This document shows positions 1-7,349 of a DNA stretch of 31,986 nt, piece after piece. This DNA comes from Pseudomonadales bacterium (GTDB lineage Bacteria > Pseudomonadota > Gammaproteobacteria > Pseudomonadales > Azotimanducaceae), in contig JAYGEV010000253.1 in the NCBI GenBank assembly GCA_046582225.1, positions 1-31,986 on the forward strand, written 5' to 3'. Numbering within the stretch: position 1 is the first letter of the stretch; every line of letters starts with the position of its first letter. The translations under genes were made by a program, and so were the position numbers. The notes beneath the pieces were generated by a model, which ran no database searches, was not told the DNA's origin, and saw nothing but the letters and a program-made list of their open reading frames with translations.

Positions 1-609
1 TCGACATTGAGTCTCGGTATGAGCAGCATGTTCAACCGCTTCTACGGCAAGGAGATGCTGCTCGAGTTCTGCGAGCGCAATCCGCTCACCCGCCTGAAGC
101 TCGACCTCGCGCCCGGCCGTGAGTTGATCTACGGGGTCGATGAGGATCGCTGGGAGCTGGGCATCGGTCCGTTTCAGACCCGGATGCCTGGACACTTCGT
201 GACAACGCCGTTCTTCGACGAGAAGCGTCAGCTGGTTGCCCATGAGAAGCACCCCCGGTTCGACGCGTTGATGCGTGCTCCATCCAGCGAGCTTGCGCAA
301 CTGACGCGGCTGACGTCCTAACTCGACGACGCCACCAAACGCCCGGGTAGCGAACGCCTGCGCAACCAGTTTTCGAGCGTCTGGGAGGTGAGCAACCTGG
401 AGCTGCGATTGATGCTGGCCGAAGCGGGGATGGGAATTACCTATCTTTCAGAGCGCCTGATCGACGATCTGGAAGGCTTCCATCGGATCGCAAACCTGGA
501 TATCTCGAGCATCGATCGGGTCGTGGGTCTGTTCTACAAGAAGCACAGGGCGTTGTCGGAAGGCGCCAAGCGATTCCTGGCAATCTGCCAGCGGAGTTTC
601 ACGGGCTGA
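1..609 (+). pseudogene. LysR-family transcriptional regulator, substrate-binding domain (5' end outside window), interrupted by in-frame TAA at 319-321
   Basis: ORFs 7..321 and 388..609 share frame 1 and read continuously across the TAA (...LTRLTS*LDDATKRPG...). They carry LysR-like segments (TLSLG at the domain start, AEAGMGITYLS, VGLFYKKHRALSEGAKRFL). This could be a true nonsense allele or a base-call error (TAC->TAA). Confidence 0.75.
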
Positions 610-625
610 TTGATCTTAAGACTCC

Positions 626-1234
626 TTAAGAATCGGCGTGAGGAATGTTGTCGGCGCGCGCCGCGCGGCCCAGATAGCCGCCGTGGTGTCGAAGGCCATA
701 GTCCTCGCGGGTCACACCCTTGGCTTCCATCAGGGCCAGCGCGATGGCGTCGCTGATTGCGAGCATCACGGCTGTGCTTGCGCTGGGCGTCATGCCGAGC
801 GGGCAGGGCTCTTCGATCTCACCCATATCCAGCACCAGGTCTGACAGTTCGCGAAGCGCCGAATCCGGGTGCGAGGTGATGCCGATCACCATGGCTACGC
901 CCAGGTGACGGGCCAGCTCCAGAACCTCGAGCACCTCGCGGCTTTTGCCGCTGGTGGAAAAGGCGATCAACACATCTTCGCTGGAAATCATGCCCAGATC
1001 GCCGTGGGCGGCTTCGGCGGGATGAATGAAGGCGGCCGGGGTCGCGCCGGAGCAGAGCGTGGCGGCATACTTTCGGGCGATGTGACCGGCCTTTCCGATG
1101 CCGGTGACCAGCACCTTACCGCGACATGATTGCAGCGATGTGACCGCACGCTCGAAGGTCGCATCGATCTCGATGGCCGCGATAGCGTCAGCTTCGGCGC
1201 GCAGCACGGCGCGCATGCGATCAGGTATGTTCAT
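626..1234 (-). CDS. SIS-domain sugar-phosphate isomerase, KpsF/GutQ (arabinose-5-phosphate isomerase-like), without CBS domains
   Basis: Motifs GIGKAGHIARK, HPAEAAHGDLG, PCPLGMTPSAST and HHGGYLG match the KdsD/GutQ SIS domain, and the protein ends at about 202 aa. Start placed at ATG 1234, which has GGTGA upstream. Confidence 0.85.
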   Translation of the reverse strand: MNIPDRMRAVLRAEADAIAAIEIDATFERAVTSLQSCRGKVLVTGIGKAGHIARKYAATLCSGATPAAFIHPAEAAHGDLGMISSEDVLIAFSTSGKSREVLEVLELARHLGVAMVIGITSHPDSALRELSDLVLDMGEIEEPCPLGMTPSASTAVMLAISDAIALALMEAKGVTREDYGLRHHGGYLGRAARADNIPHADS

Positions 1235-1318
1235 GATCACCACATCACGTTGGCTTCCAGGACTCCATGGTGTCATGGGGATTCGATGCGCTCAAGGTTG
1301 GCAGGGTAGTCGCGTGCA

Positions 1319-1347
1319 TTGACAGCGTGGGGCGGCTCTTCCAGAGT
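1319..1347 (+). promoter_or_regulatory. Possible sigma70 promoter for the GH20 operon
   Basis: TTGACA (1319-1324), a 17-nt spacer, then CAGAGT (1342-1347, imperfect -10). If real, the GH20 start lies downstream, e.g. TTG at 1376. Confidence 0.35.
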
Positions 1348-3469
1348 CAGGCTGCGCGTTTTCCTGGATTCAAAGTTGCCCATCGAATCATCCACCGCCG
1401 TCTTCCACCCCGCACTCCTGCCTTACCCGGCCCGAATCGAGGCTGGTACTGGGACGCTTCGCTGTGGCGGCAACCTGCAGGTCGAATTCACCGCCGCGCG
1501 CAGCGACCGCCTGGATCGTGCGGTCGAGCGTTTTGAGGCGGGATTGCAGCGCATCGGCTTGTCCGTCGCCGAACGCGACACTGTACCGTGGCGTTTGCAG
1601 ATAATCTGCGCCGCCGCGGGCGCGGAATTTCCTCAGCTGGGAGACGCCGAGGCTTATCAGGTGTCTGTTGGAGATGATGGGGTGATCGTGTGTGCGCAGT
1701 GCGAGTGGGGCGTGCTGCATGCCCTGACCACGCTCGTTCAGTTGATCGTTGGCGGGCGCGAGACAGCAGGTTCCAAAGTTCGGAACCCCCAGGTCCCGTT
1801 TTGTGAGATTCCGTGTTGCGAAATAAATGATCAGCCGCGGTTTCCCTGGCGCGGTGTACTCATTGACGTGGCGCGCCACTTTATCGGCATGGACGGTTTG
1901 CGACGCACCGTCGACGGTATGGCTTTGTGCAAGCTCAACGTTCTGCATCTGCACCTCACCGACGATCAGTCGTTTCGTTTTCCAACTACGCAGTTTCCAG
2001 CGGTTGTCAGCGGTGAACATTTCACTGTCGCTGAGCTTTTGGAGCTGGTGTGCTACGCGGCCGATCGAGGCATTCGCGTGGTACCGGAGATCGACATGCC
2101 CGGTCACACCAATTGCTGGATCGTCGCGTATCCGGAATGGGCCACCGACGAGGCTCGCGCGAGTCGTCGATTTGGCGTTCACCAGGCGTGCCTGGACCCG
2201 AGCAACGAATCTGTTTACGCGGCGCTCGCAACGTTGCTGGGCGAGGTGACAGCGATCTTCCCGGACCGACACCTGCACATCGGTGGCGACGAGGTCAGCC
2301 CGGACTGGTGGTCACAAAGCGCAAGGGTGCAGAGATTTATGGCGGATCGGGGTATTCCAGACATCGCGGCGCTCCAAGCGGTTTTCGTCGCCCGTGTCGC
2401 CGAGATCAGCGCGGGACTCGGTCGAACCGCGGTGGGTTGGGACGAGGTTCTGCACGACGACCTCGCGGCGTCGATCGTGGTGCAATGCTGGCGAGGTGCC
2501 ACCGCGCGGGATCGCGCGCTGGCCGGCGGCAATGATTGCGTGGTGTCGTCGAACTACTATCTGGATCTGTTCTACCCGGTGGAAGTGCACTATCGGTTCG
2601 ATCCCGAGGCGGATGAAGCCACGCTTGTGAAGCTGGAGGACGAACTTCTCGAAGATCCGCGGTTTGCCCACGTTGCCCAGGGAATGCGCTGGACGCATCA
2701 ATGGCGGAGACCCCGGAACCGGGTTCCAAACGGGCGAGGCTCGGTCTCGGGACGGATTCTCGGTGCTGAGGCGTGTCTGTGGAGCGAGCTGGTAACCGAG
2801 CCGCTCCTGGACGTGCGGCTCTGGTCGCGTTTGCCCGCGCTTGCGGAGCGATTCTGGTCCCCGGCTACGCTGACCGACATTGACGATCTGTATGCGCGTT
2901 TGACGGCATGTTTTAACAGCCTGTCAGCGTTGAGCGATATCGATGTTAAGGCTGGCAGCAGACGCCTGCTCAGATCCTCAGGGGTCACTGACGCCTGGCA
3001 GCCTCTGGTGGAGATGTTGGAGCCGCTCAAATGGTACGGGCGCCTGCTCGGCGAAGCGGCTTTGTCGGCCCGCATCACGGGTACCGAGATGCCCCAGGCC
3101 CGCCCCTATGATGCTGATACCCCGCTGGATCGAGTCGTAGACGGGCTGCTGCCGGAAAGCATTGCCGCGCGCACTATGGCCAGATTGTGTCGCGATCACG
3201 CCACTGGCGACAAGGCGGCGGGCGAATCCCTTGCGCGCTATGGCGAAACCTGGCGGGCGTTAGCCGGGCAAACAGATTGCCTGCCGGAGCTGGCCGCTTC
3301 GTCACGGATGCTTGAGGCGCTGGGGTCCATGGTGATCGAGATACTCGATGGCACGATGGATCGCGAGCACGCGCTCGAACTGCTCGAGCGAGCCGCTCTG
3401 CCTCAGGGCGAATATCTCATCGCTGCGGTGCCCTCCTTGCGATCCTGGGTCGAAGCGGTGGCAAAGTGA
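1319..3469 (+). CDS. Beta-N-acetylhexosaminidase, GH20 (start uncertain, possibly TTG 1376)
   Basis: WRGVLIDVARHF, KLNVLHLHLTDDQ, PEIDMPGH, the catalytic HIGGDEV, ILGAEACLWSE and LWSRLPALAERFWS. No signal peptide is visible. Confidence 0.92.
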   Translation: MTAWGGSSRVRLRVFLDSKLPIESSTAVFHPALLPYPARIEAGTGTLRCGGNLQVEFTAARSDRLDRAVERFEAGLQRIGLSVAERDTVPWRLQIICAAAGAEFPQLGDAEAYQVSVGDDGVIVCAQCEWGVLHALTTLVQLIVGGRETAGSKVRNPQVPFCEIPCCEINDQPRFPWRGVLIDVARHFIGMDGLRRTVDGMALCKLNVLHLHLTDDQSFRFPTTQFPAVVSGEHFTVAELLELVCYAADRGIRVVPEIDMPGHTNCWIVAYPEWATDEARASRRFGVHQACLDPSNESVYAALATLLGEVTAIFPDRHLHIGGDEVSPDWWSQSARVQRFMADRGIPDIAALQAVFVARVAEISAGLGRTAVGWDEVLHDDLAASIVVQCWRGATARDRALAGGNDCVVSSNYYLDLFYPVEVHYRFDPEADEATLVKLEDELLEDPRFAHVAQGMRWTHQWRRPRNRVPNGRGSVSGRILGAEACLWSELVTEPLLDVRLWSRLPALAERFWSPATLTDIDDLYARLTACFNSLSALSDIDVKAGSRRLLRSSGVTDAWQPLVEMLEPLKWYGRLLGEAALSARITGTEMPQARPYDADTPLDRVVDGLLPESIAARTMARLCRDHATGDKAAGESLARYGETWRALAGQTDCLPELAASSRMLEALGSMVIEILDGTMDREHALELLERAALPQGEYLIAAVPSLRSWVEAVAK

Positions 3470-4440
3470 TGGACGTTGCTTCGATCCTGGAGGCTGGTTG
3501 GGGTTTGCACGGTGACCTATCGACACTTGGAGCCGGCCACATCCACGACACGTATCTCGTTGCAGAGGGTACCAGCCGTTGGGTGTTGCAGCGGATAAAC
3601 CGACAGGTTTTTGTGGATGCCGATGGACTGATGGACAACGTGCAGCGCGTTGTCAGCCACATTTCGAATCGCGCACCTGGATTCGTCGCCGAACTCAAAA
3701 TGACGCTGTCTGGAACATGGTTTCACGTTGGGGACGCAGGCAGCTGCTGGCGGTTGTCGGATTTCGTTGCGGATACTCACACGTTGCAGAGTCTGGAAAA
3801 TACCGCCCAGGCGCAGTCCGCGGGGCGGGCCTTTGCGCGATATCAAAACCTGCTTGTCGACCTGCCGAAACCCGAGCTGATCGATCCCATCGCCGGATTC
3901 ATGAGGCTGCATCGTTATCTTGCCGAGTATGACAAGCTGGCCACAGCAAACGATGTCTGGCGGGATTTCGTTGCCGAGCGTGCTTCGCTGCAGCACGTGT
4001 TGCAGAGCGCCGATGACTACGTTCACGGCGACTGCAAGGTGAACAACCTGCTGTTTATCGATGGCAGCGACGAGGTTGGCTGCGTTGTGGATCTTGATAC
4101 CACGATGCGCGGTCACTGGGCCTGGGACTTCGGGGATCTCGTGCGCTCTGGCGCTGTCCGCGACGGCGGACTATCCGTCAACCTTTTCGCAGCGCTTGTC
4201 GAGGGTTTTGTTGGCGAAAAGCGTTCGCGAATCGTGTCTCGGGATCTGGTCATTGCGCCACGCTACGTCTGCTTTATGCTTGGCGTGCGTTTCCTCACCG
4301 ACCATCTGAACGGAGATCACTACTTCAAGGTATCCGCACCCGGCGAAAATCTGACGCGCGCAGAGCGGCAGTTCCGGTTGCTTGAAGAGATGGAAGCCGC
4401 CGAGCCCGAGATGCTGCGGCTCGTTGCCGGCTACGATTGA
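3466..4440 (+). CDS. Aminoglycoside-phosphotransferase-fold kinase, N-acetylhexosamine 1-kinase (NahK)-like
   Basis: GHIHDTY, LQRIN, HGDCKVNNLLF, DLDT, WDFGDLVRS and RFLTDHLNGDHYFK. The start overlaps the GH20 stop (GTGATG). Confidence 0.8.
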   Translation: MMDVASILEAGWGLHGDLSTLGAGHIHDTYLVAEGTSRWVLQRINRQVFVDADGLMDNVQRVVSHISNRAPGFVAELKMTLSGTWFHVGDAGSCWRLSDFVADTHTLQSLENTAQAQSAGRAFARYQNLLVDLPKPELIDPIAGFMRLHRYLAEYDKLATANDVWRDFVAERASLQHVLQSADDYVHGDCKVNNLLFIDGSDEVGCVVDLDTTMRGHWAWDFGDLVRSGAVRDGGLSVNLFAALVEGFVGEKRSRIVSRDLVIAPRYVCFMLGVRFLTDHLNGDHYFKVSAPGENLTRAERQFRLLEEMEAAEPEMLRLVAGYD

Positions 4441-4679
4441 GGCCCGGCATTCGACAGCACCAGATTGACCAGCGCGATGGTCGCTGTCACGAACGCAACG
4501 GTGAGAACGATGCCGACTGCAATGAAATAGATCGGTTTGCCTTTGGCGAAGTCGCGGCTGCGGTTGCGGCTTGATTGCACGCCAAAGCCCGCCGCGAGCA
4601 CACTTTTCACGACTTTCCAGATCCCAAGAGATTTCGCTTCGGGGTCGTCTTGCGTTCGTTCGCCACGGTGCTCATCCAT
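4431..4679 (-). CDS. DUF2970-family small membrane protein
   Basis: VVKSVLAAGFGVQSSRNRSRDF followed by one transmembrane helix. SD-like AGAGAGG upstream. Confidence 0.8.
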   Translation of the reverse strand: MDEHRGERTQDDPEAKSLGIWKVVKSVLAAGFGVQSSRNRSRDFAKGKPIYFIAVGIVLTVAFVTATIALVNLVLSNAGPQS

Positions 4680-4781
4680 GTGGCCGTACGCCTCTCTGGT
4701 TTTCCACAGCCCGTGTTATAGCCTACCACCGCAACGTTCACATCGCGGCTACCCCGGGGTGGTAAGGTTGGGTTTTACACG

Positions 4782-5195
4782 GTGGAATCCGAGTTGACGA
4801 TCAATCGCAGGGGCATCACAACAATATTGCTTCCGGCCAGGACCGCCTTGCTGATTGTGACAGCCGGGTTGCTCCTGGTCGGTTGCCTGGGTGCATCGAA
4901 CCGACCGCTGCAGTTGATATCCGCCGGCGGTCCGAGTTATCCGGTGCAGGCTCGCGCCGATGCAGTGGAAGGTTTCGTTGTGATTCGCTACGACGTCACG
5001 CGACAGGGAAGGGTCGAGAACGCTCGAGTTGTGCACGCCGAGCCCGCGGGCGTATTCGATGACGCGGCGCTGACCGCGGTACGCAGCTGGGTATTCAACC
5101 CGTCCCTGCGCGAAGGTGTGCCACAGGCCGAGTTCGGGCGCGAGAGCAGCGTGACCTTCAAGCTGGGAGTCGGCGATGAATACTCTGAGTACTGA
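4782..5195 (+). CDS. TonB C-terminal-domain protein with predicted lipoprotein signal (start uncertain, possibly TTG 4827)
   Basis: YPVQARADAVEGFVVIRYDVTRQGRVENARVV...FDDAALTAVRSWVFNP is a TonB_C signature. Lipobox LVGC with Cys at 4884-4886. Confidence 0.8.
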   Translation: MESELTINRRGITTILLPARTALLIVTAGLLLVGCLGASNRPLQLISAGGPSYPVQARADAVEGFVVIRYDVTRQGRVENARVVHAEPAGVFDDAALTAVRSWVFNPSLREGVPQAEFGRESSVTFKLGVGDEYSEY

Positions 5196-5227
5196 ATCGC
5201 TCCGACCAGCGCCAAGCCTGGTTGAAC

Positions 5228-5872
5228 TCAGTCCGACCAGGTATTCCAGTGGGTGATTTCAGAAACCGGCGGCCGGCTTGCGCGTTTGAAATCGGTTCCC
5301 ACGGTGTACGCCACAGGTAGCAACGCGACCTGCAGAACGCTGTCGGGAAGGCCCAGAACCTCTGCGGCTTCTTTTTCATGGATCAGGTGCAACGTCGTCA
5401 GAGCAGAGCCCAGACCTCGGGAACGCAAGGCCAGCTGAAAGCTCCATACCGCTGGAAAAATGGACCCGTAGGTGCCAGCGTACATTGCCTGCGGCGTATT
5501 CTCTGCGGGCCGGCCGGCCAGACAGGGAATCACGTGAACCGGCACCTCTTCCAGATGATCCGCGAGATACATCGCGGAGCTGAAAACCCGTTGAGTCTGG
5601 GCATCGCCGCCTTCGTCTGCCTGAGCGCTGGCAGCCGCCAGATATTCGCCGGCTCCTTTGCGGTAGAGGTCTGCCAGGGCCTTGCGCTTGTCGGCGTCAT
5701 CGACGATCACCCAGCGCCACCCCTGAGAGTTGGAGCCTGTGGGTGCCTGCACCGCGAGTTCCAGACACTCGTTGATCACCTCTCTTGGCACGGGCCTGGT
5801 GAGATCCAGTCGTTTGCGCACGGCCCGCGTTGTCGCGAGCAGCTCGTCGGTCATGGCGATGTCGAAATCCAT
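5228..5872 (-). CDS. Nitroreductase-family (FMN-binding) protein
   Basis: TTRAVRKRLD, APTGSNSQGWRWVIV, SFQLALRSRGLGSALTT. Confidence 0.9.
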   Translation of the reverse strand: MDFDIAMTDELLATTRAVRKRLDLTRPVPREVINECLELAVQAPTGSNSQGWRWVIVDDADKRKALADLYRKGAGEYLAAASAQADEGGDAQTQRVFSSAMYLADHLEEVPVHVIPCLAGRPAENTPQAMYAGTYGSIFPAVWSFQLALRSRGLGSALTTLHLIHEKEAAEVLGLPDSVLQVALLPVAYTVGTDFKRASRPPVSEITHWNTWSD

Positions 5873-5991
5873 TGGTTTTCCCTTTCAAGAATTGCTGAGC
5901 CTGATGTGCCAGTGTATCGCACTTTGCCGAGTGGTCAGCATGACGAGCGAGCAGTAAGCTGCCGGCCGGGAGCAGGAAGAAAAACGAAACG

Positions 5992-7296
5992 ATGAACCCG
6001 AGCGCGAGCGCGATTGCGATTGCGACTGCTTTGATGCTGACTGCGAATGTCGCGGTTGCAGACGAACTGTCGGCGGAAATTCGCACCGCTGCACAAGCAC
6101 TGCAGGCCAGGGTCATCGGCTGGCGCCGAGATATCCACCAACATCCTGAGCTGTCCAACCGCGAGTTTCGGACCTCACGGCTGGTGGCCGAGCATCTTGA
6201 AAGCCTGGGTCTGGAAGTGACGGTGGGGGTTGCTCATACCGGAGTCGTAGGAGTGTTGAAAGGTGCCAGGCCAGGGCCGGTAGTGGCGCTTCGGGCCGAT
6301 ATGGATGGTTTGCCGGTGACCGAGCGCACGGGCCTGGAGTATGCGTCCACGGAACGTGGCACGTACAACGGGTTGGATGTCGGGATCATGCATGCGTGTG
6401 GTCACGACAATCATGTCGCCATCCTGATGGGCACGGCATCGCTGCTCAGCGGGATGCGTGATGAACTTTCAGGCACTGTAAAGTTTGTATTCCAACCCGC
6501 CGAGGAAGGTGCTCCCAAGGGAGAGGAGGGCGGCGCCAAGATGATGATTCAGCAGGGCGTGCTGAAAAATCCGACGGTGGATGCAATCTTCGGCCTGCAC
6601 ATCAGCCAAAGCGACGCCGTTGGCAGAGCCAGCTATCGAACCAAGGGTGCGCTGGCCAGCGCTCAGCGCTTCGAAATCACGGTCAAGGGTCGCCAGACGC
6701 ACGCCGCACAACCGTGGGCAGGCGTAGATCCGGTGGTGGTGGGCGCGTACATCGTCACCGCGCTACAGACCATCGTCAGCCGCCAGGTGGACATTACCAA
6801 CGCACCAGCCGTCATTTCGGTGGGAACCTTTCACGGTGGGGTCAGGAACAATATCGTGCCGGACAGCGTGCGCATGGAGGGCACCATTCGCACCTTCGAT
6901 GCGGACATGCGTGTGGATATTCACGCCAGAATCAAGCGCATCGCCGAAGCCATCGCAGAGTCGATGGGCGCCACCGCGGTAGTGGAAATCGACGCCGGAG
7001 TTCCGGTGACCTACAACGATCCTGGCCTGGCCGAGGCAATGCTACCTACTCTACACAAGGTCTACGGCCGCGATGGGGTACGATTCGCCAAGCTGATCAC
7101 GGGCGCCGAAGACTTTGCGTTTTATCAGGAAGAGGTGCCGGGGTTCTTTTTCTTGATCGGCGGGCGGCCGAAAAACGTTTCGGCCGAACAGGCGATTCCG
7201 AACCATTCCCCGTTGTTCACTGTCGACGAAGGTGCGCTGGTGCTGGGCGTCGAAGTGATGAGCCAGCTTGCGGTGGATTATCTGGATCAGCACTGA
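5992..7296 (+). CDS. M20D amidohydrolase with N-terminal signal peptide
   Basis: RRDIHQHPELS, ALRADMDGLP, MHACGHDNH, FQPAEEG, HAAQPW, AEDFAFY, NHSPLF. Hydrophobic N-terminus ending AVA|DE. Confidence 0.92.
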   Translation: MNPSASAIAIATALMLTANVAVADELSAEIRTAAQALQARVIGWRRDIHQHPELSNREFRTSRLVAEHLESLGLEVTVGVAHTGVVGVLKGARPGPVVALRADMDGLPVTERTGLEYASTERGTYNGLDVGIMHACGHDNHVAILMGTASLLSGMRDELSGTVKFVFQPAEEGAPKGEEGGAKMMIQQGVLKNPTVDAIFGLHISQSDAVGRASYRTKGALASAQRFEITVKGRQTHAAQPWAGVDPVVVGAYIVTALQTIVSRQVDITNAPAVISVGTFHGGVRNNIVPDSVRMEGTIRTFDADMRVDIHARIKRIAEAIAESMGATAVVEIDAGVPVTYNDPGLAEAMLPTLHKVYGRDGVRFAKLITGAEDFAFYQEEVPGFFFLIGGRPKNVSAEQAIPNHSPLFTVDEGALVLGVEVMSQLAVDYLDQH

Positions 7297-7340
7297 GCGT
7301 TCGTGAGTTGCTGGAGGCGCCGCCGGGCGCGAACGCCTCA
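7294..7340. terminator. Inverted repeat between convergent genes (possible terminator)
   Basis: GCGTTCG (7297-7303) pairs with CGAACGC (7330-7336) and extends with TGA/TCA across a bulge. No U-tract is present. Confidence 0.3.
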
Positions 7341-7349
7341 GTGTTCTGC

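Noticed and set aside
3466-4440. Antibiotic-resistance aminoglycoside phosphotransferase or AmgK
   Set aside because: It shares the APH fold only. The motifs (GHIHDTY, RFLTDHL.GD.YFK) and GH20 coupling fit NahK-like kinases, and there is no murU partner.
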